IMG/VR virus record: IMGVR_UViG_3300025160_000010
Span: 1 to 43,038 of that record
Direction: 5' to 3' (one strand)
DNA from: a virus
Taxonomy: Duplodnaviria; Caudoviricetes
DNA length: 43,038 nucleotides
In this document: positions 18,743 through 27,389 of the stretch, in pieces
How the letters are laid out: each line of letters starts with the position of its first letter
How positions within the stretch are numbered: position 1 is the first letter of the stretch
The notes under the pieces: generated by a model
Seen by the model: the letters and a program-made list of their open reading frames with translations, nothing else
Told to the model about the DNA's origin: nothing
Database searches by the model: none
Made by a program: the position numbers and the translations under genes

Positions 18743-20064
18743 CTGCGTGTCGCCAGCGCGATGAACGGGCTCCGCGTGTTGCTCGTGCCCTTGTAGGGCG
18801 TCAGCACGCTGCTCCGGAGCGGCTGGCAGTCATAGCGGTACGTCCACCGGAACGTCATCTCGTCATAGATGAACTGTACGTGGATGGACGTGGCCGCCTG
18901 GATGCCCCCCTTGTCGATGAACACCATCTCATTCAGGTCGGCCAGGATGATGTCCCCGACCGTGCCCAGGGTCGCGCACTGCTCGATGCTCTGCATCTCG
19001 CGCCCGTAGAGCGCGTTGAACGGTCGCCCCGCGGCGGCATTCGCCGGCAGATAGACGGGCACGCCGCCGGTCCCCACGGCCAGGGTCATGGTCGCCAGGG
19101 CGGGCTTGATGTCCCGGTTGATCAGCCAGATGGCCGAGTTCTCCGAGGAATCCAGCAGCCGGGCGTCCATCTTCGTGATGTTCTCGAACATGACCGTCGC
19201 CGCCGCCTGCCCGGTCTCTTTCGCCACCGAGACGAGACAGCCGGCGTTGAGGATCCCCAGACCCTGGCCGGCGCCGGTCCCGTTCACGATCACGTCGTCC
19301 AGTTTGAACCCGAACTCGCCCGGGAACCAGCGATTGACCAAACCCGTCAGGGCCGCCGCGTCCTGGAGCAGCTCGTCGGTCGCGTACATCAGGCCGAAGA
19401 GCTTGTGGAGCTCCATTTCGAACTTGCGGAACTTGGGCTTGGTGGCGGTGACCGTGGCCGCTTCGGCGGCGTGAAAGACCTGGATGCCGCCGTAGCGCGA
19501 GCCGTTGGCGCGGCTGGTCTCGTCCATCAGGTTCGCCTTGAGCCCGTTGAACCCCGCGCCGATGGGGACACGGAAGCAGCGCCGCGACAGCAGGCCAGTC
19601 TCGATGACCGCCTGGCTCAGCGCGACGGAGGTGTCCTTCTCCACCAGGAATCCGCCCTCGGACGGGATGGATTCTCCGGCACCCGTGGCGGCCGCCCGCA
19701 CCTTCATGAGGCGTCCGATGGCCTCGGCGCGGCTGTTCGCGGAGACATCCGGATTGGCGGCCCGGGCGACGTCCACGAGCTGCCTGCCGATATCACCGCC
19801 ATAGACCGAGGGCGGCTTGCCGGCATCCCCGCCCTTCGGCGCGACGGCCAGGGCCACCGCGCGCTCGATGGCCTCGAGCTGCTGGGTCTTGGCCTGGATC
19901 TGACCCTCCAGGTTCGCGACGGTCTGCGCGATCTTCTGGACCTGCTCGGTCAGGATGGGGTCGGCACGGCCCTGTTCGATGGCCTTGAACCGCACCTCGG
20001 TCGCCGTCCGGAATTCCTCCTGGGCCTTCTGCAGTGCCTCCAGGAGTCTCTTCAGCTCCTCCAT
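18739..20064 (-). CDS. Major capsid protein, HK97 family
   Basis: Coiled-coil delta domain, SEGGFLV, KLFGLMYATDELLQD, NGTGAGQGLGILN. Confidence 0.95.
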   Translation of the reverse strand: MEELKRLLEALQKAQEEFRTATEVRFKAIEQGRADPILTEQVQKIAQTVANLEGQIQAKTQQLEAIERAVALAVAPKGGDAGKPPSVYGGDIGRQLVDVARAANPDVSANSRAEAIGRLMKVRAAATGAGESIPSEGGFLVEKDTSVALSQAVIETGLLSRRCFRVPIGAGFNGLKANLMDETSRANGSRYGGIQVFHAAEAATVTATKPKFRKFEMELHKLFGLMYATDELLQDAAALTGLVNRWFPGEFGFKLDDVIVNGTGAGQGLGILNAGCLVSVAKETGQAAATVMFENITKMDARLLDSSENSAIWLINRDIKPALATMTLAVGTGGVPVYLPANAAAGRPFNALYGREMQSIEQCATLGTVGDIILADLNEMVFIDKGGIQAATSIHVQFIYDEMTFRWTYRYDCQPLRSSVLTPYKGTSNTRSPFIALATRS

Positions 20065-20078
20065 GGCTATCTCCTTTT

Positions 20079-20147
20079 GTGCATAGTGCAGAGCGCATGG
20101 CGCATGGCGTTCAGATCCGACGCTTTGCGCTTGGCGCTATGCGCTTA
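20079..20147. repeat. Intergenic 7-mer (GCGCATG) inverted microsatellite hairpin
   Basis: gtgcata gtgcaga gcgcatg gcgcatg ... tttgcgc ttggcgc tatgcgc. Confidence 0.8.
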
Positions 20148-21029
20148 CCACGTGTAGAGAGCAGTCGTCTGCTTGATCAGTACCGCGATTTCCGTGACAT
20201 CCTCGGTCGCGGGCGCCGCCCTGCGTCCCGCAGGCGGGTCCTGGCCGGGGTCCTGCTGGCGTCCCGCAAGCAGGGCCTTGGCCTCGGACCGAGAGTATCC
20301 GGCATCCCGCAGGATCCTCTCCGCGTCTCGAGCCGTGGGTGTGCGGACCTGGGGGAGCGCGGCCCCTCTCCCACAGGGAGCGTCTGCCGGGGCATGGGCG
20401 AACATGGATAGATCGAACTCTGCCTTGGCCGCCTTGCCGTCCAGGATGGTGTCGATGAAGCCTTTCTCTTTGGCCTCCGTGGCTTTCATCCACGTCTCGT
20501 CTTTCATCATCCGGGTGATCTCGCGCTTGCCGACATTCGAGCCATCGGCATAGGTCTCGACCATCGTGTCGCTCAGCTTTTCGAGCACGTCGGCAATCTC
20601 GCGCAGCTCGTACTGGTTGCCGATGGCGAAGACCCAGGGCTCGTGAATCATCAGCATCGAGTTCTTGTAGGCCTGCCGCTCCTTGCCGGCGATGGCAATA
20701 AAGGAGGCGGCCGAGGCGGCGAGCGCATCGTTCCGCGTGATGATCTTCGAGGGGTGGGAGATGATGGCGTTGTGGATGGCGTTGGCATCGAAGACGTCCC
20801 CCCCGGGGGAGTTGATCCGGATCGTGATCGTCTTCTGCTTCATCTCGGCGAGTGCCCGCACGAACTCGCCCGCATCCGTCCAGGGCCAGCCGATGGGATC
20901 GAAGATCAGGATCTCGGCTTCCTCATCCGCCTGCGCCTCGATCTTGTACCAGTCCGGCCGATCCAGCGGCTTCTTCCAGTAGGCGGCGACCGCCTCGGCG
21001 TTGCGCTGATTCCGATAGGACAGTTTCAT
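20145..21029 (-). CDS. Prohead maturation protease, ClpP-like
   Basis: IRINSPGGDVF, LAASAASFI, MLMIHEPW, ETWM...GFID. Confidence 0.95.
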   Translation of the reverse strand: MKLSYRNQRNAEAVAAYWKKPLDRPDWYKIEAQADEEAEILIFDPIGWPWTDAGEFVRALAEMKQKTITIRINSPGGDVFDANAIHNAIISHPSKIITRNDALAASAASFIAIAGKERQAYKNSMLMIHEPWVFAIGNQYELREIADVLEKLSDTMVETYADGSNVGKREITRMMKDETWMKATEAKEKGFIDTILDGKAAKAEFDLSMFAHAPADAPCGRGAALPQVRTPTARDAERILRDAGYSRSEAKALLAGRQQDPGQDPPAGRRAAPATEDVTEIAVLIKQTTALYTW

Positions 21030-22342
21030 CGTGCGGCCTCCCTACCGATCGCCTCGTCATGGTTCCCATTCGTCCCGCCCGCCTGGGCTCCGGCCAAAAT
21101 CAGATTTGTGGCCTGGGCACCCGGTTTAGCCGCGGGCGTCTCCTTGACCGTGCTGGTCCGTGTCCGATAGACCTCACCGCCCGGGTACGGGTTGAGGTCT
21201 TCGAGATCCCGGACCTCGTTGGGGTTGAGAATCTCCGTGTTGACTCCGATCTGGTAGGCCGTGAACCGCGCTTGCATATCCCCGCGGAGCAGCCCGGCCA
21301 TGCTGAACTTCGCGTAATAGCGGCCCTGCTCTTCCGGCGTGAGCAAGTCCCGTTTGATCGCCTGCTCGATGTTGACCACCAGCGGCGTCAAGGCATGGGT
21401 GACAAAGGCCAGCATGAACTGCTCCGCCGAGGCGTAGGTGGTCGGGGCATCGCCGGCCTGGACGAGCATGAGCGGGACGCGGAACATCCCGCAGATCTGG
21501 GACTGGTTGAACTTCCCCTGCTCCAGGAACTGCGCATCGACCAGGGTCATCTTGGGAAACTCAATCTTCATCCCCTCGTCGATCAGCATCAGCTCGTGCG
21601 ACTTGCCCAGGCCGGCGTATTTTTCCGTGAGGACCTTTCGCAGGTTCGCGTGGGCGGGAGTGTTCAGAGTCATCGGATGCATGATGACCGCGCCGGGGTG
21701 CATCCCCTTGCCGTAATAGCGGGCCAGGAACTCGGCGTTGGCCAGTCCCAGGCCGACGGCCTCGCGCGCGCACTCGATGGGATTCATACCCGTGAGGCCA
21801 TTCAGGACCAGGCCGCGCAGATGCAGCATGCGCGCTTGCGGGATCTCCAGCGGCTCTCCATTCGATAGGCGCACCCGATAGGTCAGGGAGTAATCCTCCG
21901 CCTGCTTGACCTCCTCGACGCGGTCGGCTTTGAAGGGAATGAGTTCCTTGACCGGCCCGCCAGGCATGCCGAGCTTGTAGGCGTAGAAGTTCCCGCGCAG
22001 CGACACATGCGCAATGGCCATGCCCCAGAACTCGCTGGCGGTCATCCAGGAATTCGGCTGATCGTGCAGGCGACGATAGAGGCGATGATTCAACGCCTTC
22101 TCTTTGAGCTTCCCATTCTGCTCCATCAGGTGCAGGGGGAGCTGCGCAACCGACTGCGACAGGACGTTGACGCAATTGTGGACGGTCATCAGCCGCATGG
22201 CCGAATCCGAATCCACGGGCACGCCGGCAGCCGTGGGGATATAGCCGCCATAGAAGGCGCCGCCGGGCGTGTACCAGCGATCATCCTCCGGCCCCCAGGA
22301 TCCGAGCGCCCGCGGCCGCGCCATCCGCGAGACGATGCCCAT
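21026..22342 (-). CDS. Portal protein, HK97 family
   Basis: PNSWMTASEFW, LRGNFY, DAQFLE...ICGMFRVP, LLRGD, NEVRDLEDLNP. Confidence 0.95.
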   Translation of the reverse strand: MGIVSRMARPRALGSWGPEDDRWYTPGGAFYGGYIPTAAGVPVDSDSAMRLMTVHNCVNVLSQSVAQLPLHLMEQNGKLKEKALNHRLYRRLHDQPNSWMTASEFWGMAIAHVSLRGNFYAYKLGMPGGPVKELIPFKADRVEEVKQAEDYSLTYRVRLSNGEPLEIPQARMLHLRGLVLNGLTGMNPIECAREAVGLGLANAEFLARYYGKGMHPGAVIMHPMTLNTPAHANLRKVLTEKYAGLGKSHELMLIDEGMKIEFPKMTLVDAQFLEQGKFNQSQICGMFRVPLMLVQAGDAPTTYASAEQFMLAFVTHALTPLVVNIEQAIKRDLLTPEEQGRYYAKFSMAGLLRGDMQARFTAYQIGVNTEILNPNEVRDLEDLNPYPGGEVYRTRTSTVKETPAAKPGAQATNLILAGAQAGGTNGNHDEAIGREAAR

Positions 22343-22584
22343 CAGCGCGCCCTCATCAGATAGCCGATGGCCATGAGGAAGAGGCCGCAAACCGCGAACG
22401 CCACCCAGGGCCGGTACCGATAGAGGCCATAGCCCAGCATGGCCATCCCGCCGAAAAGCAAAACGTCCCGGATGTCGAATGCCTCTCGGGCGGCATCGAA
22501 CCGGGACGCGAGAGACTGCCGGGTCCGTGAGAGGAGTCTCAGAATGGCCTCCCCAGTTCGCCTAGCGCAGAGCGCATGGCGCAT
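22342..22584 (-). CDS. Small membrane protein upstream of portal (true start probably near 22542)
   Basis: Two hydrophobic helices; TGATG overlap with portal; GGGGAGG RBS near 22550. Confidence 0.65.
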   Translation of the reverse strand: MRHALCARRTGEAILRLLSRTRQSLASRFDAAREAFDIRDVLLFGGMAMLGYGLYRYRPWVAFAVCGLFLMAIGYLMRAR

Positions 22585-22630
22585 GGCGTCCGGATCAGCG
22601 CTATGCGCTTTGCCCTTTGCGTGTTGCGCC
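22561..22630. repeat. 7-mer (GCGCATG) inverted microsatellite hairpin
   Basis: gcgcaga gcgcatg gcgcatg ... tatgcgc tttgccc tttgcgt gttgcgc. Confidence 0.8.
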
Positions 22631-22634
22631 GCCC

Positions 22635-22681
22635 AAAAGGAAACCCCGGCAAGGCGGTGCGCACCTCACCGGGGTTTCCTG
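22635..22681 (-). terminator. Intrinsic terminator/attenuator-like hairpin in the head-operon leader
   Basis: Minus strand AGGAAACCCCGG...CCGGGGTTTCCT followed by TTT. Confidence 0.55.
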
Positions 22682-22739
22682 GGATACCACCCCGCGCCGG
22701 GGATCAGCCGACGCTTGGGCTCAATTCATTGCAGGCTTT

Positions 22740-22798
22740 AGAGTACAGGGAAAAAACAGGATGGCAATGGACCGAAGTGTGCCGAAGTGGACCAGTGT
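22740..22798 (-). promoter_or_regulatory. Putative late promoter with three upstream 10-bp direct repeats
   Basis: Minus TTGCCA-N16-TACTCT; repeats GGACCGAAGT/GTGCCGAAGT/GGACCAGTGT at 22769-22798. Confidence 0.5.
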
Positions 22799-22808
22799 AA
22801 GGCTATTT

Positions 22809-22994
22809 TTACTCGGCGGGCCTGAATTTGCAGTTGAGAACGGATTCGCGGGTGATCCTCAAGACATTCCTGGCGAGCTTCCGGCCATCAAGTTTCCCGT
22901 GTTCGCACCAGAGATAGACGGTCTTCTCCGAGATCCGAAAATACTCCGCCACCTCCTCGACCCGCAGCAGCGCCCGATTCGGTAAATCGGTCAT
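22809..22994 (-). CDS. Excisionase/MerR-like HTH protein (HTH_17), likely late-gene regulator
   Basis: LLRVEEVAEYFRISEKTVYLWCEHGKL...LRITRESV. Confidence 0.85.
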   Translation of the reverse strand: MTDLPNRALLRVEEVAEYFRISEKTVYLWCEHGKLDGRKLARNVLRITRESVLNCKFRPAE

Positions 22995-23066
22995 CCCATG
23001 GCCTCCACGATTACGAGGAGCAGCACGGCCAGGATCGTCGCCAGTAGCAGGGCATCGTCAGGCATC

Positions 23067-23318
23067 TTAGAACTCCGCGCCCTGCTTCGCCCGGCCGGCG
23101 GCCACCCAGATGCCCAGGCACGCCTCGCACAGGTCCTTTCGGAATGCTTGCCGACGCACAGCATCTCTTACGGCCACGGGCGCGAATTGCGCCGGCTGCC
23201 ACAGGACGGCATCCTGGACCTCTGGCAAGGCCTCCAGATCCGCCTGCGTGATTCCGCGACCATAGGCATCCATACGAGACCTCACCCCGACTACGATTCC
23301 GGATCTAGCGTTCCTCAC
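23067..23318 (-). CDS. Hypothetical moron protein
   Basis: ORF in tightly packed array; start uncertain. Confidence 0.4.
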   Translation of the reverse strand: MRNARSGIVVGVRSRMDAYGRGITQADLEALPEVQDAVLWQPAQFAPVAVRDAVRRQAFRKDLCEACLGIWVAAGRAKQGAEF

Positions 23319-23535
23319 GTGCGTTTAAGTGAATCTCTTCAGGATCTCCTAAATCTATCCAACCGATTTGCAAGAGATCGGAATCGTAGATTGCAAAATT
23401 TCCCACCTGATTTGGGCCGAGTACGCTACTCTCAGGCAAATTGGCTTCCGCACAGAGCTGCATCAACCGCCCGATAGAGATACCCTTTGGGATAGGTCCA
23501 TCAATTGGCCAGTTCTCGATCTCCGTCAAGAACAT
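23305..23535 (-). CDS. Hypothetical moron protein (low GC)
   Basis: AGGAGG RBS before MFLTEIENW. Confidence 0.6.
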   Translation of the reverse strand: MFLTEIENWPIDGPIPKGISIGRLMQLCAEANLPESSVLGPNQVGNFAIYDSDLLQIGWIDLGDPEEIHLNAREER

Positions 23536-23816
23536 CGTTCTCCTCCTAACTCTGGCGGATTTCTCCATGCATCCTTCACAGTAGCCACTCTCGTTTCTGG
23601 ATTATAGTCGGTGATTGTTCTCTCTGTGCCATTGAAGATGATTTTCTTCCCGATATACCAACGGCGTTTTCTGTGCGCTTTGCGCATCACCGGATCCGCC
23701 GGCTTCCGCAGCCCGAGCCATTCGAGGAGTTTTTTCACCAGCCTATTGCCCCCATCGAAAGTGATACCACCGGCAGGGATATGCTCGGATGTCCACGAGC
23801 CTCTTTTCCACCTCAA
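23526..23816 (-). CDS. Hypothetical moron protein (start possibly 23739)
   Basis: RTITDYNPETRVATV resembles the RIITAYNTSTKVATI module of 9932..10822. Confidence 0.45.
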   Translation of the reverse strand: MRWKRGSWTSEHIPAGGITFDGGNRLVKKLLEWLGLRKPADPVMRKAHRKRRWYIGKKIIFNGTERTITDYNPETRVATVKDAWRNPPELGGERCS

Positions 23817-23955
23817 ATGGTGCCACGAAATCTATGTGGCTAAGTACAACCTTGGCTGGATCGCAGCTCTGCCGTGTATAGTAGATGTGGCCCATGGCGA
23901 AGCCAATTAGGCACCCGAAAAGAAGAAGGAAGATACGCCGTGAGACCCTGTTCAT
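23743..23955 (-). CDS. Small membrane protein
   Basis: MNRVSRRIFLLLFGCLIGFAMG hydrophobic N-terminus. Confidence 0.5.
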   Translation of the reverse strand: MNRVSRRIFLLLFGCLIGFAMGHIYYTRQSCDPAKVVLSHIDFVAPFEVEKRLVDIRAYPCRWYHFRWGQ

Positions 23956-23959
23956 ATCC

Positions 23960-24322
23960 CTACCGAACCTCCAGCGTGCTGGCAAAGAAGACTCCGCGAC
24001 GCATCTTCCCATCCTCGGTCTTATCGGTGAGGATCAGACTGTCCCCTGAGCCTCCGGCTTTATCGGTCCGCAGCAAATGCACTGGTGGCGTTACATCAGC
24101 CAAGCATAGAGGCGTGAACGTCTCTCGGTCGATGATGACCAATGGCACGCTCGGACCCTTGGAAATCTCGCGTGCCTCCTGACATTTCACCGCCCGGGCG
24201 ACGATCACCTGCACCATCGTCTCGGGTGAACCGCTGGGCCGAAAAAAGCTCCAGGCAACCAACAGGAAAGATCCGGCAACGACAACGACGATCATCAGGT
24301 TCACATAGCCAAGACTCTTCAT
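23960..24322 (-). CDS. Membrane-anchored hypothetical protein
   Basis: N-terminal TM helix; GGAGGGG RBS. Confidence 0.6.
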   Translation of the reverse strand: MKSLGYVNLMIVVVVAGSFLLVAWSFFRPSGSPETMVQVIVARAVKCQEAREISKGPSVPLVIIDRETFTPLCLADVTPPVHLLRTDKAGGSGDSLILTDKTEDGKMRRGVFFASTLEVR

Positions 24323-24328
24323 AGCGGA

Positions 24329-24505
24329 TCACCCCTCCTCCTGCGCGACACGGATTGCGCGCTGCACTATCTCCAATAATTCCTCAGTTGGCCAAGATTT
24401 CCAGCCTTCTCCAAGCGGGCCGCAATCCTCGGCGCTCGCAAGGATCCCCTCCAGATATTCGGCCTGATCCAGCGCGAACTCTATGCTGATTTTTCTGTTT
24501 TTCAT
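24329..24505 (-). CDS. Hypothetical 58-aa protein
   Basis: MKNRKISIEFALDQAEYLEG...; strong RBS; below ORF-track cutoff. Confidence 0.6.
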   Translation of the reverse strand: MKNRKISIEFALDQAEYLEGILASAEDCGPLGEGWKSWPTEELLEIVQRAIRVAQEEG

Positions 24506-24776
24506 AACGCGATCACCCCCCGTTCCTCACCGAGTCTTCACAGTATTATTCCCCCAGTCTCAAAGACCCCACAAATCATCTTTTATAACGCTGACCGCAG
24601 CCTCCGCCCGCACACAATGATTCAATGCCTCATTCTGTCGCCCATCCCGAATCGCCTCTTGCGCCTGCGTGATCCTAATGATTGCCTCGCCTAACCTGCG
24701 AATTTGTTCTTCTGGAGAGAAGATGGCCATTTGTATGTCCTCCCTTTCATAACGCGATCACCTCCCGTTCCTCACC
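24500..24776. repeat. 32-bp direct repeat pair (24500-24531 and 24745-24776)
   Basis: tttcataacgcgatcacc(c/t)cccgttcctcacc, one mismatch. Confidence 0.9.
24560..24730 (-). CDS. Hypothetical 56-aa helical protein
   Basis: MAIFSPEEQIRRLGEAII...; GGAGG RBS. Confidence 0.6.
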   Translation of the reverse strand: MAIFSPEEQIRRLGEAIIRITQAQEAIRDGRQNEALNHCVRAEAAVSVIKDDLWGL

Positions 24777-26574
24777 CGAAGGTCAATATATCCGCCCCGG
24801 GCGTCTCATAGGCGGATAGAGTCGGGCCCTGCCTCAGCATCGCCCGCCCCACGGCCATGATCAGGGCCACGGCGCCGTCGATGCGCTCCGTGCTCTTTCC
24901 CTTGTCCGGCTTCACGTTGCCGGCGGGGTCCATCTTGATGGCCACGTTCGAGACCATCCAGGAGAGGACGGGGTTGTTGCCGTGGGCCAGCTCGCCGGCC
25001 AGGACCATCTTCTCCACCTCCTTGGTGGGCGCGTTCATGCTGGCATACCCCTGGCCGAACTGGACCAGGCTCTTGTCCCCCTCGAGCTGGAAGCCCAGGT
25101 CCTGGAGGTCGGTGGTGATCTTGCTGGATCCCCAGCGGTCGAAGGCCAGCTCCGCGACGTGGTAGGCCTCCCGATCCCGCCGGATCTGGTCCAGGATGAA
25201 GGCATAGTCGATGATGTTGCCGGGCGTGAGCGTGATGAATCCCTGGCGGACCCAGACATCATACGGGACCTTATCCTTGCGGACCCGCTCGGCCATGTTG
25301 TCGCCAGGCAGGAAGAACCGGCACAGGATCTGGTAGGGCCCGCCCTGTGGGGAAAGGGCTGCATCCGCACCAGGGACGCCCTCTGCAACCGGCGGAAAGA
25401 CCAGGACCCAGGCCGTCAGATCCAGATTGCTGGACAGATCGAGGCCTCCATAACAGGTGCGCCCGCGCAGGGCCTCGGCATCCACGGGTGTTCCGCAGGC
25501 GGCCCAGCGGTCCGCCGCCAGCCACTTCGTGATGCTCTCGGTCCAGATGCAGAAATTGAGGCGCTTGACGATGTTCTGTTTGGCCGGCATCTCGATGGCC
25601 TCGGCCACCTGCTCCCGCAGATACTTGGGCTTGATCGAGATGCCCAGGTTGACGTTCGCCTTGGGCCAGACCGCCTCGTTCCGCCAATCGTCGCAATCGG
25701 CACAGCCCTCTTGGGGGATGGTCTTGCCCTCGCCCGCGCACCGGGCGCAGACGTCCAGGCCGCTCATGAAGGCGAACCAGGAATCATTCTGGATGATCCC
25801 CTCCAGGACCTTCTCGCTGAACTCGTGGTGCTGGAAGCAGACGGACTGCCGATCATAGCCCGCGTTCGTGATCTCTACGATCAGGGCCTGGCGCCGGCCC
25901 TTGGTCCCCGACCGCAGCTTGTCCACGACGATGCTGTTCGGGTGCTCGTGGATCTCGTCAATCAGGGCGATGTGCGGCCGCGGCCCGTCGAGCCCCCGCT
26001 CTTCCGAGGAGACGGGGCGGAAGAAACTATTCGTCCCCTGGAAAGCGATGTTGTGCTGGCCCACGGTCAGGATCTCCCGCAACGCCTCCGACCCTTCCGC
26101 AAAGGCCTTGGCGTCACGGAACAAGACGGCAGCCTGCTCTCGCTTGGTGGCCGCCGAATAGATCTCGCCCCCCGGCTCGTCATCGAACGTCAATCCGTAG
26201 AGGCCGATGCCCGCCGCCAGGGGCGTCTTGCCGGACCCCTTGGCCATTTCGATATAGGCCGTCCGAAACCGCCGGACATTCTCCTTCGTCTTCCACCCAA
26301 ACAGCGAGCCGACGATGAATTGCTCCCAGGGCTGGAGGAGGAACGGCTGCCCGTCCCATTCGCCCTCGTAAAAGATCAGGAACTCCGCGAAGAAGGCGAT
26401 GATGTGGTTCGCCGCCGCGGGATCGAACCACAGCCCCCGCTTCTTCCCGCCCTTCAGGTCCGCGAGGTGCCGCGCGCACGCCAGCCGAACCCACTTGTTC
26501 GCCGCGATCCTGCCCGCGCCGACGTCGAGGGCGTACTGAGTGACGGGATGGACTTTTTCAGCCCTGCGCGCCAT
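24772..26574 (-). CDS. terL: Terminase large subunit
   Basis: Walker A AKGSGKT, Walker B IALIDEIHEH, nuclease GGLDLS and RIDGAVALIMA. Confidence 0.97.
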   Translation of the reverse strand: MARRAEKVHPVTQYALDVGAGRIAANKWVRLACARHLADLKGGKKRGLWFDPAAANHIIAFFAEFLIFYEGEWDGQPFLLQPWEQFIVGSLFGWKTKENVRRFRTAYIEMAKGSGKTPLAAGIGLYGLTFDDEPGGEIYSAATKREQAAVLFRDAKAFAEGSEALREILTVGQHNIAFQGTNSFFRPVSSEERGLDGPRPHIALIDEIHEHPNSIVVDKLRSGTKGRRQALIVEITNAGYDRQSVCFQHHEFSEKVLEGIIQNDSWFAFMSGLDVCARCAGEGKTIPQEGCADCDDWRNEAVWPKANVNLGISIKPKYLREQVAEAIEMPAKQNIVKRLNFCIWTESITKWLAADRWAACGTPVDAEALRGRTCYGGLDLSSNLDLTAWVLVFPPVAEGVPGADAALSPQGGPYQILCRFFLPGDNMAERVRKDKVPYDVWVRQGFITLTPGNIIDYAFILDQIRRDREAYHVAELAFDRWGSSKITTDLQDLGFQLEGDKSLVQFGQGYASMNAPTKEVEKMVLAGELAHGNNPVLSWMVSNVAIKMDPAGNVKPDKGKSTERIDGAVALIMAVGRAMLRQGPTLSAYETPGADILTFG

Positions 26575-27034
26575 TCTTCCGCCCCATAAACGCCGCGACC
26601 TTGCCGGCGGGCTTCGGCATCTCGACCTTGATCCGGGCCCGGGCGGTGACGCTCAATCCGAGTTCGCCCGCCGTCCGGATAATCCGATCGGCGGCCTCCC
26701 GGGCGATGCGCATATGAGGATTGATCCCCGGCGACCCATCATTCCGTCTATAGACCAGACCCTTCCCCAATTGAATCGTGGCGAGGGTCCACTCACTCCA
26801 GGCCTGGCAATAGACCGCCAGCACGGCGCGGTCCAACTCGGTGATCATGCGAAGGCCCATCAGGATTTTCCCGGCGCGTCGCCACTCCTTCCGCGCCACC
26901 CGGTCCAGATGTCTCGGGCAGGGCGGTAGGCGCTCCGGCGGTTGCGGCTCCTTGGTCCGGGCGGGCCGGTGGGTGTACCGCGTTCCTCCACGCAGCTCGA
27001 TGATCTTGCTCGGCAACGGCTTCCGCCCGCGCAT
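26558..27034 (-). CDS. terS: Terminase small subunit, P27 family
   Basis: MRGRKPLP, PPCPRHL...AKEW-like, NP, ELGLS..ARARI. Confidence 0.92.
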   Translation of the reverse strand: MRGRKPLPSKIIELRGGTRYTHRPARTKEPQPPERLPPCPRHLDRVARKEWRRAGKILMGLRMITELDRAVLAVYCQAWSEWTLATIQLGKGLVYRRNDGSPGINPHMRIAREAADRIIRTAGELGLSVTARARIKVEMPKPAGKVAAFMGRKNGAQG

Positions 27035-27066
27035 AAGCTCTTCTAAGCCCACGTATTCAATGGCTT

Positions 27067-27075
27067 ACTATACCA
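27067..27075 (-). promoter_or_regulatory. Possible extended -10 promoter for terS
   Basis: Minus strand TGGTATAGT about 33 bp upstream of the ATG. Confidence 0.35.
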
Positions 27076-27117
27076 AACACCCGTTCCAGAAATCTTGACT
27101 CTCAGGTCGATTTTGCC

Positions 27118-27146
27118 TTGACTCTTAGTATCAATGCTATCATATT
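27118..27146 (+). promoter_or_regulatory. Sigma70-like promoter with embedded direct-repeat operator
   Basis: TTGACT-N17-CATATT; TAGTATCA (27126-33) and TGCTATCA (27135-42). Confidence 0.55.
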
Positions 27147-27171
27147 ATCCTCGTAAGCTGAGGAGAGGCCA

Positions 27172-27357
27172 ATGACCACCAACAAATTGACGGCAGAGAT
27201 AAAGCAGATCACCCGCGAGCGTCTCCACGAACTCGACGGGCTGAGCGAGGCCCAATACGCGCGAATCGCCGACGGGAGCCAAGACCGCTGCCCGATCCAC
27301 CGCGCCCGGCTGCAGACCACCGACACCGGACAGCACTGCCCGGTATGTGCCCACTAA
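27172..27357 (+). CDS. Small Zn-ribbon protein
   Basis: CPIH...CPVC; AGGAG RBS. Confidence 0.65.
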   Translation: MTTNKLTAEIKQITRERLHELDGLSEAQYARIADGSQDRCPIHRARLQTTDTGQHCPVCAH

Positions 27358-27389
27358 CCACTAACCGCCCTCGGGCAGGAGCTAGGACG

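Noticed and set aside
18433-20157. Long plus-strand ORFs (also 194..922, 2812..4215, 24982..26589, 33087..34529, 36265..37698)
   Set aside because: Antisense shadows of well-supported high-GC genes, with no motifs
3012-22630. Short repeats as a CRISPR array
   Set aside because: Units are 7-9 nt tandem with no unique spacers and no cas genes
22809-22994. Excisionase marking an att site
   Set aside because: No integrase nearby; its position beside the promoter repeats fits a regulator
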